A DNA stretch of 64,000 nucleotides from assembly GCA_963728355.1 (NCBI GenBank), contig CAVSJQ010000014.1:11953-75952 (forward strand), read 5' to 3'. The DNA is from Ilumatobacteraceae bacterium. Lineage in GTDB: Bacteria; Actinomycetota; Acidimicrobiia; Acidimicrobiales; Ilumatobacteraceae. The translations under genes and the position numbers were made by a program. Below, piece by piece: positions 1-8,834 of this stretch. Under the pieces are notes generated by a model. That model was not told the origin of the DNA, ran no database searches, and worked only from the letters and a program-made list of their open reading frames with translations. Numbering within the stretch: position 1 is the stretch's first letter; every line of letters begins with the position of its first letter.

Positions 1-282
1 GAGGGCGAAACCAGTCACGGAGTCGGCGGCAAATACCACAAGGCGCAGTACAAGACGGTCTCGCTCCGACTGCATGCCGGCGACGCCGAGGTCAGCGAGT
101 ATCGCGAGTGGGAGGCCCCGGTCGGCTTCGTGCAGGGCTGGCACAGCTACAGCTTCGTCCTGCTCGGCAGCGTCGGCTTCCTCGACCGCTTCACGGTCAC
201 CGCGAGCCGCTTCGCCCAGGCGGTCGCCGTCGAGGAGCGCGACGCCTTCGACAACCGCTTCGGCGTCGTCGAGGTGAACTGA
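1..282 (+). CDS. 3' end of an ORF running off the left edge; hypothetical protein (tail weakly resembles retropepsin-like aspartyl-protease C-termini)
   Basis: Frame 1 is open from base 1 to TGA at 280-282 (...FVLLGSVGFLDRFTVTASRF...VVEVN*). It has no start in the window, so it is absent from the ORF track. Confidence 0.4.
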   Translation, partial: EGETSHGVGGKYHKAQYKTVSLRLHAGDAEVSEYREWEAPVGFVQGWHSYSFVLLGSVGFLDRFTVTASRFAQAVAVEERDAFDNRFGVVEVN

Positions 283-311
283 GTCAACGACCTTTCGGGC
301 CTACCGCAGGC

Positions 312-1037
312 TCATCCGGCCATGCGCAGCTCACTGAGGTCGAATGCGACCGTGTGATGAAACCCCCGGTCGCCCACCGTGCGACGCAGGGTGCGGAGGA
401 CGCTCTCCGGGTCGTCATCGGGGCCGTTCATGTAATACGGCTGGCCATCGCGACCGAACGAGATCGCGCTGGGACCTGTCCACGGACCAAGGTGCGGGCG
501 GGCCTGCTCGAAGTCCGGATGGGGCGCAAAGCCAAGCCCCTGGGCGAACTCGACAGCTCCCAGCACGAGGTCGCATACGAGATCGATCGGAGCGTTCACG
601 GGCGGCGCGGAGTAGGCGCCGAAGGCAAAGGCGGTGAGTGACCGCAGCCCTCGATCATCCATCTCGTCGGGACCCATTGCGTTCTTGACCCCAAGGCAAT
701 AGGCATCGACCAAGTAGACGCAAGCCATGATCTTGCGCCGATGAGGTCTGCGACGGGCGACGATCGCGGTCAGCAAGCCCTCGGTTCCCTCTGCGGCGCC
801 CGAATCGCGCCAGTCGGCTCGATCCGGAACTCCAAGGCCTGCGCTCCATCCGGCGTTGAGCCAGCAGCCGAGAAGGTCAGCGTCGGGATTTGCGCTGTCG
901 CGCTCGGCGGCGAGCTTGCGGACAAGCGCAGACGCCTCGGCGGTCTTGATCCCGAGGCTGCGAGCGATCTCCCTGGGCGATAGGCCCTGGCCGCGAAGCT
1001 CGCGAACCTTCTGCGTCATGGCGTCGTCAGCCATCAA
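312..1037 (-). CDS. helix-turn-helix domain protein of unknown function
   Basis: 241-aa ORF. N-terminal HTH-like segment LSPREIARSLGIKTAEASALVRKL, then about 190 aa with no motif I recognise. Divergent from the primase-helicase gene across a 61-bp spacer. Confidence 0.6.
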   Translation of the reverse strand: MMADDAMTQKVRELRGQGLSPREIARSLGIKTAEASALVRKLAAERDSANPDADLLGCWLNAGWSAGLGVPDRADWRDSGAAEGTEGLLTAIVARRRPHRRKIMACVYLVDAYCLGVKNAMGPDEMDDRGLRSLTAFAFGAYSAPPVNAPIDLVCDLVLGAVEFAQGLGFAPHPDFEQARPHLGPWTGPSAISFGRDGQPYYMNGPDDDPESVLRTLRRTVGDRGFHHTVAFDLSELRMAG

Positions 1038-1098
1038 CGTCTTTTAGCGAGCGGAGCGGACGCTCCTGACGCCGGTCGGCTTTGCAGAATGAAGCGGC

Positions 1099-3525
1099 GT
1101 GAACGCCGATCGCGATCTTGCCGCGGAGATCCTCGCTGAGGAAGCTCGACTCGACGAGCTCACTCGTCGCCGCAACGACTCCCACCGTCGCCTGAATGAG
1201 CTGCGCGCCACCAAGACGGACGACTCTGGCGAAGAGGAGGCGTCGAGAGCCGCGACGTCGAGCGACAGCTGGTCGCCCGAGCGCAAGCTCCAACTCTTCG
1301 AGCGCCTGTTTCAGGGCCGGCCAGATGTCTTTCCCAAACGCTGGGAGAACGCCAAGGGTCGCAGCGGGTGGGCGCCCTGCTGCGCCAACGAGTGGAAACC
1401 GGGGGTCTGCGAGAAGCCGCGGGTGAAGTGCGGGGAGTGCCCGAACCAGGCGTTCGTAGCGCCTGCAGAACATGAGCTCCGCACCCACCTCGAAGGCCAC
1501 GACGTCATGGGCGTCTATCCGCTGCTCGCCGACGACACCTGTCGCCTGCTGGCAATCGATCTCGACGGGCATGCGTGGCGCGAAGACATCACCGCGATCT
1601 GCGAAGCCTGCGAGGAGCTCGCCGTCCAACCCGCGGTCGAGCGCTCCCGCTCGGGCCAGGGCGCGCATGTCTGGTTTTTCTTCAGCGAGGCCGTCTCGGC
1701 GGCGAGCGCCCGTCGCTTAGGGCTGATGCTCCTGACGAACGCCATGTCGCGGTCCCCAACTCTCGACATGGCCTCCTACGACCGTCTCTTCCCAAGCCAG
1801 GACGTCCTGCCGAAAGGCGGTTTCGGCAACCTGATCGCGCTGCCGCTTCAACAGGAGGCGCGTCGAGCAGGCAACACGCTCTTCCTCGACGAGCAGTTCG
1901 ATCCTTATCCAGATCAGTGGGCCTACCTCGATTCGCTCCCCCTGATCGAACCCCAAGGGCTCGACGACCTCATCGCAGACCGCGAGCGTGACTCTTGGAT
2001 ACTCGGCGCAGGTGAGGAACCGGCGGATGACGCGCCTTGGCGCCCGACTCGAACTCTTGCCGATCGCCTCGCGACGACGACGCTTCCCGAGACCGTCACC
2101 GCGACCATGGCCCAATGTCTCTACGTGAAGCGCGGGGGCCTGCCGCCGCCACTCCACGATGCTCTGCGGCGCCTGGCTTGCTTCTCCAACCCGCGGTTCT
2201 TCGAACTTCAGGGCATGCGGTTCTCCACCTCACGCACACCGCGGGTGATCTCCTGCTTCGAGGAGGTCGGCGACTTCCTGGCGTTGCCCCGCGGATGCCG
2301 AGAGCCTTTGGAGGAACTGCTCGACGGCCTCGGCATCGAGCTGAAGCTTGACGACGAGCGCAGCGACGGCACTGATCTCGACGCCCGCTTCATCGGCGAG
2401 CTCGACCCGACGCAGGCCAGTGCAGCGGCGCACATGCTGGAACACGATCTTGGCGTCCTCTGCGCTCCGCCCGGGAGCGGCAAGACTGTGATCGCCACCG
2501 AGATGATCGCCGCGAGGGCGCGCTCAACTCTGGTCCTCGTCCACCGCAAACCCCTGCTCAAGCAGTGGAGGGAACGCCTGTCGCAGTTCCTCGACATCGA
2601 TCCGGAGGCCATCGGCACTATCGGCGGTGGATACAAGAAACCGACGGGCCTGCTCGATGTGGCGATGATCCAAAGTCTGGCGCGACGCGATGCGCTGGAG
2701 GAACTGCTGGCCGGCTACGGTCACGTGGTCGTAGATGAGTGCCATCACGTCTCCGCCGTGACAACCGAGCGAGTCCTGAAGGCCGCCCGGGCACGCTACG
2801 TGACGGGCCTGACCGGCACCCTCCGTCGGCGCGACGGTCACCATCCGATCGTCGCAATGCAGTGCGGGCCAGTCCGCCACACGATCGCCCAGGGACCGAC
2901 GGACAAGCACGCGCTGCAACTGCGCGTCATTCGTCGCGATACCGACTTCGATCCCTCCGTGCTCCCCACGGACGCCTCGATCCAGGAGGTCTTCGGCGCC
3001 CTCGCGGGGGACGAAGGGCGGACAAAGCTGATCGCCGACGAGGCGCTGCAGCTGATCGACCAGGGCCGCTCGCCGATCGTGCTCACCGAACGGCGCGAGC
3101 ATCTCGAAAAGCTCCAGCTGCATCTCGTCGATCGCGCACCGGTCCTCGTCGCGCTCCACGGTGAGATGTCAGCAGCGGCCAATCGAGCCGCCACCGAGCA
3201 GCTCGCTGCCGTGCCCGAGGGAGAGCCCTGCTTGGTGCTGGCAACCGGCCGCTACATCGGCGAGGGGTTCGACGAACCGCGCCTCGACACGCTTTTGCTC
3301 GGAATGCCGATCGCCTGGAAGGGGACAGTCGTTCAGTACGCCGGACGTCTTCATCGCCCCTTCCCCGAAAAGCGCGACGCGCTCATCTACGATTACGTAG
3401 ACGCCGAGCTACCCGTGCTGCGCCGCATGTTCGCCAAGCGTCTCAAGGCGTACCGATCTCTCGGATATGAGGTCGAGGAGCCGCGATCCACGTCAGGGGA
3501 TCTGCGTCAGGCACCGCGCCGCTGA
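1099..3525 (+). CDS. archaeo-eukaryotic primase (AEP)-like domain fused to an SF2 DEAH-box helicase
   Basis: 808-aa ORF with GTG start. Cys cluster CCANEWKPGVCEKPRVKCGECPNQ. AEP-type motifs LAIDLDGH and GAHVWFFF. Helicase motif I CAPPGSGKT and motif II VVDECHH, plus a C-terminal helicase lobe. From memory (not searched) it resembles the family NCBI labels TOTE conflict-system AEP proteins. Confidence 0.8.
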   Translation: MNADRDLAAEILAEEARLDELTRRRNDSHRRLNELRATKTDDSGEEEASRAATSSDSWSPERKLQLFERLFQGRPDVFPKRWENAKGRSGWAPCCANEWKPGVCEKPRVKCGECPNQAFVAPAEHELRTHLEGHDVMGVYPLLADDTCRLLAIDLDGHAWREDITAICEACEELAVQPAVERSRSGQGAHVWFFFSEAVSAASARRLGLMLLTNAMSRSPTLDMASYDRLFPSQDVLPKGGFGNLIALPLQQEARRAGNTLFLDEQFDPYPDQWAYLDSLPLIEPQGLDDLIADRERDSWILGAGEEPADDAPWRPTRTLADRLATTTLPETVTATMAQCLYVKRGGLPPPLHDALRRLACFSNPRFFELQGMRFSTSRTPRVISCFEEVGDFLALPRGCREPLEELLDGLGIELKLDDERSDGTDLDARFIGELDPTQASAAAHMLEHDLGVLCAPPGSGKTVIATEMIAARARSTLVLVHRKPLLKQWRERLSQFLDIDPEAIGTIGGGYKKPTGLLDVAMIQSLARRDALEELLAGYGHVVVDECHHVSAVTTERVLKAARARYVTGLTGTLRRRDGHHPIVAMQCGPVRHTIAQGPTDKHALQLRVIRRDTDFDPSVLPTDASIQEVFGALAGDEGRTKLIADEALQLIDQGRSPIVLTERREHLEKLQLHLVDRAPVLVALHGEMSAAANRAATEQLAAVPEGEPCLVLATGRYIGEGFDEPRLDTLLLGMPIAWKGTVVQYAGRLHRPFPEKRDALIYDYVDAELPVLRRMFAKRLKAYRSLGYEVEEPRSTSGDLRQAPRR

Positions 3526-3560
3526 AGGTTGCCTTTTCGACCTTTGGTACGGTCGGGACC

Positions 3561-4388
3561 TTGAAGCGGGCCGCCCTCACAGCCATGCTGGCCGTTGTGC
3601 CTGTCTGCGCATTGCCAGCAACCCCCGCACAGGCCGCCGCCATCGGCTGGCCAGGGCAATGGATGGCAAAGGCGATCCGACAGGATCGTAGGATCAGCAA
3701 GGAATTCCGGCACAGCTCCGCGCATCACATCCGCTGCTCGCCTCATGTCGCCTCCCGGTACCGCTGCCGAATGGAATGGGAGATCGGAGACACAGCCTTC
3801 TTCGGCCACGGCCATGTGGCCTTCCGTTCCGAAGGAGAAACGCTCTACTGGGATTCGACTATTCGGTCCGGCGGGTCGACACCTACTGCCAGAGCACCCA
3901 TAAGCGTCATTGCATCAAGCGCTTTCGGCGACACAGCCCGCCCGGCGGGCTTCTCGTCCAGTAATTGTCGGCCCCGGGGGGATGTGGGGGCATCACAAGC
4001 TGGCACAGCTCAGCTGCTGCGATGCAGTCTTCTGAGATTCGACCCGGGACGACAAAGGTACCGCTGGCTCGTGCTAGGCAGCAGTCGAAAGACCGGGCTC
4101 ATCGCCGAGCACCGCCGCCGCGATCTTCTCCGCAATCACCTCAACCGAGTCACGCACCGTCTCGAATCCGGCCAGGTCGGGCAGGATGCCGCTGTACTCG
4201 GCGACGTCCTCGAAGGTCACGCCGTGCAGGACCGGGATCAGCGTCTCCTTATGCAGCAGCGCTCCCAGCTCCCGCTCAGTCCAGAATCGCCCCGCAAGGT
4301 AGGCCGGGGTCAGCAGCGCGATTCCAGCCCGCGCCTTCTGCAGCCCCATGTCCATCTGCCGCGCCTGACTCTTGCCCGCTTCGACTGA
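3561..4388 (+). CDS. possible small secreted protein; the 3' end is not believable as drawn (possible pseudogene)
   Basis: TTG start followed by a good signal peptide (MKRAALTAMLAVVPVCALPATPAQA/AAIG) in a lower-GC 548-bp gap. The frame then stays open for 315 nt antisense to the TIR gene, which is typical GC-rich read-on. Confidence 0.25.
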   Translation: MKRAALTAMLAVVPVCALPATPAQAAAIGWPGQWMAKAIRQDRRISKEFRHSSAHHIRCSPHVASRYRCRMEWEIGDTAFFGHGHVAFRSEGETLYWDSTIRSGGSTPTARAPISVIASSAFGDTARPAGFSSSNCRPRGDVGASQAGTAQLLRCSLLRFDPGRQRYRWLVLGSSRKTGLIAEHRRRDLLRNHLNRVTHRLESGQVGQDAAVLGDVLEGHAVQDRDQRLLMQQRSQLPLSPESPRKVGRGQQRDSSPRLLQPHVHLPRLTLARFD

Positions 4389-5021
4389 AACCTCGTCGAA
4401 CCACACCGTCACTTCGAATCCTTCCAGCCGCTCGCGCAGCTCTGCCCCAACCTCGGCCCCGTCGATCCGTGCGTAGCTCAGGAACGCGTCGACCTCGCGC
4501 TCCTCCGCCGCTGGCAGGGCGGCCTGTAGCTGGTCGGCAAGCGCCATCTCCGACGCCGTGTAGCGCGGGCCCGACTCGGCCGTTCGCAGTCGCTGATTCA
4601 GCTCCGCCATAACCTTGCGGTTGTGCTCGTTGGCGGCCGCAATCTGCCGATTATGGGCTTCCACCGCCCGCCGATTCTGTTCTTCGATCCGCTTGTTCTG
4701 CCGTTCGGTCTCGCGATTGTGTTGGTCAACGCGCCTTTTGTTCTCGCGGTTTACGCGGTCGACCTCCCGGTTGTAGTTGTCGACCGCGCTCTTGTTGGCT
4801 TGTTCGACCTTGCGGTTGTGCGCCGCAATCTCCCGGTTCACGCGGTCGACCTCTCGCTTCGCAGCGGTCTCCGCCTTGCGGTGGGCTTCACCCAATTCTC
4901 GTTCGAATCGTCTCGGATCGAAGGCTCCGGGCATCGAACTCATCAGTTTCGCAGGCACCGCGGCGGAAACTAGCGTGCGCCGGGCAACCAAACACAGACA
5001 TCGGCTCATCTCACTTTGCAC
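4074..5021 (-). CDS. TIR-domain protein with N-terminal Asn-Arg-repeat coiled coil
   Basis: C-terminal TIR motifs DAFLSYARIDG, WFDEVSVEAG and FWTERELGALL (conserved Glu present). The N-terminal ~110 aa are a charged repeat with NR every 7-8 residues (VDRVNRE IAAHNRK VEQANKS...). The start is uncertain: GTG 5021, ATG 5009, or ATG 4943/4934. It lies 36 nt downstream of the relaxase stop on the same strand. Confidence 0.8.
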   Translation of the reverse strand: MQSEMSRCLCLVARRTLVSAAVPAKLMSSMPGAFDPRRFERELGEAHRKAETAAKREVDRVNREIAAHNRKVEQANKSAVDNYNREVDRVNRENKRRVDQHNRETERQNKRIEEQNRRAVEAHNRQIAAANEHNRKVMAELNQRLRTAESGPRYTASEMALADQLQAALPAAEEREVDAFLSYARIDGAEVGAELRERLEGFEVTVWFDEVSVEAGKSQARQMDMGLQKARAGIALLTPAYLAGRFWTERELGALLHKETLIPVLHGVTFEDVAEYSGILPDLAGFETVRDSVEVIAEKIAAAVLGDEPGLSTAA

Positions 5022-5057
5022 AGTTTACGAGCGTTCTCCCGACCTGGCGAGTGCTCC

Positions 5058-8000
5058 TTATCGCGCAATCCTAAGTCCTCGCCGCAACTCCCTCGTGCGC
5101 GCTCTGCTCTGCTCGCGCCCCAGCCGCCGCTGCAGCTCGCGCAAGCGGCGCAGCTCGGCCTCTCGGCGGGTGCGCTCGAGGCTGCGCTCGGGCTTGGCGC
5201 CGAAGGCGCGACTGCGGTCTGTGATCCCGTTCTCTTGGCGGTAGCGCTCAATGATCCCGATGCCGTGCTCCCACTCCCTGCGTTTGGCGGGGTCGGCCGG
5301 CCTCTCCCCCAACTCGGCGGTGACGTAGGGGGGCGGGGCGATGCGGGCGGCGGTGAGCGAAAGCTCACGCCGCTGGGCGAGAACGCGATCGACGGTGATC
5401 AGCTCCCGCTGCGCGGCGTCGCCGCCCGCAAGCTCGCGCATCTCCACCTCGTAGCGAGCGAGCGCTTCCCCTGCCATCCCAGCAGTGGCGCCGAGGCGGG
5501 CGATCAGGCCCTGATCGCGCTTGCGGGAAGGCAACGCCTCGGCGGCTTCCCGTTCGGCGCCGGCGCGAGTCAGGATCGCCTCCGTCTCGGCGATGCGCGT
5601 CTTCAGGCGCGCGCGGCGCTCGGCAAGGATCTTCTCGCGATCCGCCGCCCGCTCCAGCTCGCGGCGCCTTGCCGCAAGCTCTGCGGTGGGCAAGGCCTCC
5701 AGCTGGGCCTCATCGTGGGCGGCGCGCTGGGCGCCGTCTCGGCCGACGGCCAGCGCGATGTGGTCGAGACCCTCCCCCAGGCGGCGATCGGTGGGCGCGA
5801 TCTCCTCGCGGTTGACCTGGACCTCCGGAGTCGCGTAGAGGCGGGTCTCCCCGCGACTGCGCGAAGCGGCCACATACAGCTCCTGCTTGTCCATCGAGGG
5901 GTCGGCCATGACAAAGGCGCGGTCGACCGTCGAGCCTTGGGCCGAATAGGTCGTTACCGCGTAGGCGTGCTCAAGGGCCGGGGCCTCGGAGTGCGGGTTG
6001 GTCCGCGCCAGGTACTCCGCGCCGACCTCGACCCGCTTCGCCTGGTCGACACCTTCGAGGACGACGCTCCCCTGCTCGGCGTCGACTTCGGCGATTCGCC
6101 AGCGCTCGCGGTTGTAGATGTCGGCGCGCTGGTCGTTGACGCGGGTGATGACCTGATCGCCGGCGGCGAAGCGTGCTTCGCCGACTTCGATCTCCTCGGC
6201 GCCGAGCCTGCCTTCCTGGTGGCGGGCCTCGCGCGCAATCGCGTTCAGCTTCGCAACCTCGGCGTTGCGCTTGGCGATCATCAGCGCGTCCTCGCCGCGC
6301 TCGTAGGACTCCAGCCAGTCGCGGACCATCGCCTCGCGGCGGGCCTCGGCGTCGGGGGCGACTGTGACCCGCTCCTCGGAGACGTAGAGGTCGAGCGCCT
6401 CGCGTCCCTCGCCCCCGCGGATCAGCTTCGCCGCCTCGCGGTCAAGCTCGTGCTCGTGGCGGATCACCTCGTCGAGGTGGATCGGCTCGCTGCGATCAGC
6501 GATGGCGCGGAACAGTCCGCCCGCCTCGATCTCCCCCAGTTGCTCGGGGTCGCCGAGGAGGACGAGCTTGGCTTCGGCCGCCTCGGCGTGGTGGACGAGC
6601 CGGGCCAGGGTCGCAGAGTCGACCATCCCCGCCTCGTCGACCAGCAGCACCGAGCCCTGCGCCAATCCCTTACTGCCCTCGTGCTCTGCGCGGTCCAGCT
6701 CGACGAGCAGGCTGGCGATCGAGGTCGCCGGCAACCCCTCGTCGCGCAGGACGTTGGCGGCGCGCCAGGTGGGAGCCGCGGCGCGGAGGTCGATCCCCGC
6801 CTGCACCCAGCCCTCGGCCGCGGCGACGACGGCGTAGGTCTTGCCGGTGCCGGCCTCGCCGATCACGACGACGATGCCCTCGGGCATCGTCAGCAGGCGG
6901 TTGACCATCTCGCGCTGGTCGGCCTTCAGGGTCGGGCGGGCGTGGATGACACGAGCGGCCGCCAGCTCCCCGGCCGGGGCAGACCCCTGCTCGCGCATCC
7001 GCTCGATCGCCGCCAGCGCCTCGCGCTCCAGCTCCCAGATGTGACGGGTGGTGTAGATCGGGCCTTTGCGGCTCTCGGCGATCTGGATCACTTCCTCGGA
7101 GGCGAGGTAGGTATCTGCCATGCGCTCGACCTCCGGCCCCGACGCTCCCTCGGGGAGCAATCCGGCAACCGCCTGGATTGCGTCGCGCCTGTCGAAATGC
7201 GAGGCGCCCCCCGTGACTGTACGGTCCACCTGCTGGGTGAGGACCGTGCAGTCACGGGGGGCGCCGGGCTCTGTGAGCCTCAGCTGCGGGTTTGGGTCGA
7301 AGGTGCGCTCGATCGTCTCGCGGTCGAGGCCGATCTCCCTCGCCCTGGCCCGCCAGCGCTCCAGCAGCTCCACGCGCGAGAGGGCGGTGTCCTTCGGCTT
7401 GCGCGTCGCCAGCGTCGCCACCTGCATCGAGGCCGCCGAGGCGTCCGGCCCGGCCGCCGCGAGGATTTCAGCCCGGCGGGTGGAGAACGCCCGCAGATGC
7501 TCGTCGGCGAAACCCTCGACCTCGGCGATGCCGTTGCGGACCTCCTGCCAGCGGACGCCGAGGCGCAGAGTCAGCTCGTGGCGCAGATGGGCCTCATACA
7601 GGTAGCCGGCGACTTTGCCGTGCTGGTAGATCGCCGGGTGGTAGAGGCGGGTCCAGCGGCCGTCCGGCCCTTTCGTCGCGTTGGCGATGAGGACATGGGT
7701 GTGCAGCTGCGGATCGCCGTTGCGCGAGGAGCGGTGCAGGTAGGCGACGGCTAGGTAGCCGTTGCCTTGGACGAACTCCCTGCCGCCGGCTCCGCGCCTC
7801 GTCCAGCAGGCCTTGCGCTGAAGGTAGGCGAGGGCGGCGCCTACGGATTCGCGGTGCGCCGCCTTGACCTGTCCGGCGGCCTCGGCTCCGCCGAGCCCCC
7901 ACAAGAGCGAGACTGACTTGGGAGCCGAGAAGGTGAGGTCGAAGCCTGGCACCGAGCCCTTCGCGGGGACGCCGTTTCTCCCCAGCAAGGGCTCGCCGTC

Positions 8001-8198
8001 GACCGGGTTTCGGCCGGTGAGCATCGCCTTGAGCTGGTCGGAGCCGACCTCGCCGTCGAGTCCCAGCTCCTCGGCGGCGTCGCCGATCCACTCGCCGGCC
8101 GCCTCTCCCTCGCCGGAGTAGTAGTCCTCGGCGCCTTCGGCGACCTTCTCCAGGTAGTAGTTCTCCTGGCCGATGCCGAGCTTTCCGATCGTGAGCAT
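5058..8198 (-). CDS. MobF-family relaxase (TrwC/TraA type) with C-terminal RecD-like helicase
   Basis: 1046 aa. N-terminus MLTIGKLG...ENYYLEKV...AEDYY (catalytic Tyr region) and the His triad region LHTHVLIANAT. Helicase Walker A VVVIGEAGTGKT and Walker B LLVDEAGMV. Confidence 0.9.
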   Translation of the reverse strand: MLTIGKLGIGQENYYLEKVAEGAEDYYSGEGEAAGEWIGDAAEELGLDGEVGSDQLKAMLTGRNPVDGEPLLGRNGVPAKGSVPGFDLTFSAPKSVSLLWGLGGAEAAGQVKAAHRESVGAALAYLQRKACWTRRGAGGREFVQGNGYLAVAYLHRSSRNGDPQLHTHVLIANATKGPDGRWTRLYHPAIYQHGKVAGYLYEAHLRHELTLRLGVRWQEVRNGIAEVEGFADEHLRAFSTRRAEILAAAGPDASAASMQVATLATRKPKDTALSRVELLERWRARAREIGLDRETIERTFDPNPQLRLTEPGAPRDCTVLTQQVDRTVTGGASHFDRRDAIQAVAGLLPEGASGPEVERMADTYLASEEVIQIAESRKGPIYTTRHIWELEREALAAIERMREQGSAPAGELAAARVIHARPTLKADQREMVNRLLTMPEGIVVVIGEAGTGKTYAVVAAAEGWVQAGIDLRAAAPTWRAANVLRDEGLPATSIASLLVELDRAEHEGSKGLAQGSVLLVDEAGMVDSATLARLVHHAEAAEAKLVLLGDPEQLGEIEAGGLFRAIADRSEPIHLDEVIRHEHELDREAAKLIRGGEGREALDLYVSEERVTVAPDAEARREAMVRDWLESYERGEDALMIAKRNAEVAKLNAIAREARHQEGRLGAEEIEVGEARFAAGDQVITRVNDQRADIYNRERWRIAEVDAEQGSVVLEGVDQAKRVEVGAEYLARTNPHSEAPALEHAYAVTTYSAQGSTVDRAFVMADPSMDKQELYVAASRSRGETRLYATPEVQVNREEIAPTDRRLGEGLDHIALAVGRDGAQRAAHDEAQLEALPTAELAARRRELERAADREKILAERRARLKTRIAETEAILTRAGAEREAAEALPSRKRDQGLIARLGATAGMAGEALARYEVEMRELAGGDAAQRELITVDRVLAQRRELSLTAARIAPPPYVTAELGERPADPAKRREWEHGIGIIERYRQENGITDRSRAFGAKPERSLERTRREAELRRLRELQRRLGREQSRARTRELRRGLRIAR

Positions 8199-8566
8199 CC
8201 ACCCCGTATGTCCAGCGGGGGGCGCTTTTGCATCGGCTCACCCGGCGGGGTGATACTGCGTGAGGGTGGTGGCTGTTGGCTTTTGGCTGTGGGGGAGCTG
8301 GCCGGCTGATTGGCCCCTGCCAGTGCTGAATTCCTGGGCTGGCCTTCGAGTCTCTGGTGCCCCTGGCCGGATGGCTGGAGTGGGCAGGTGACTGGCTGAC
8401 TGAATGGATGGCTGGCTGGATTCTGATTGGTCGTTCACGGCTGATTCCGCATCGGCAGCGATGCAAGAAGCGCTCCCGTTGGACAGTAGGGGTGATGGAG
8501 CAGCGACCACGGCAGCGCGAGAGGCGCCGGCAAGCGGCTGGGCCGCCTCGCCAACGCGATGGGCGC
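8199..8566. promoter_or_regulatory. candidate oriT / relaxase promoter region
   Basis: 368-bp lower-GC spacer directly upstream of the relaxase. At least 8 same-strand copies of GGCTG between 8270 and 8443. Three CTGATT(G/C) copies. Hairpin GCATCG-GCAG-CGATGC at 8449-8464. Confidence 0.3.
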
Positions 8567-8779
8567 ATGGAGCCCAGGGCGAAAACCTCGGCCGACCTTC
8601 TCTGCGAACCGCTGCTCGACGCCAGCCAGGCGGCCGAGCTCCTTCATGTGCCGCGCAGCACGCTCTACGAGCTGGTGCGCTCGCGGGGGCTGCCCCACGT
8701 GAAGGTTGGACGGCGTGGGCTCAGGTTCACCCGCGTCGACCTCGCCCGATGGGTCAGCGCCAATAGCGTCGGCCGTTAG
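8567..8779 (+). CDS. excisionase-type (MerR-like HTH_17) DNA-binding protein
   Basis: 70-aa reading from ATG 8567 inside the longer ORF 8357-8779. LLDASQAAELLHVPRSTLYELVRSRGLPHVKVGRRGLRFTRVDLARWV is the typical Xis/AlpA-like helix-turn-helix. Confidence 0.7.
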   Translation: MEPRAKTSADLLCEPLLDASQAAELLHVPRSTLYELVRSRGLPHVKVGRRGLRFTRVDLARWVSANSVGR

Positions 8780-8834
8780 GAGCCGTCGTTCGGGGATGGC
8801 AGGGGCGCGCCGCCTGTTCGGGAATACTGGGGTG

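Noticed and set aside
5016-7754. 912-aa plus-strand ORF, plus many similar Arg/Ala/Pro/Gly-rich ORFs (for example 9824-11356 -, 14112-15704 +, 28923-30179 +, 33121-34809 -, 59716-61506 -)
   Set aside because: They lie antisense or out of frame to genes with clear motifs. Their translations are low-complexity, as expected from stop-poor alternative frames in very GC-rich DNA.
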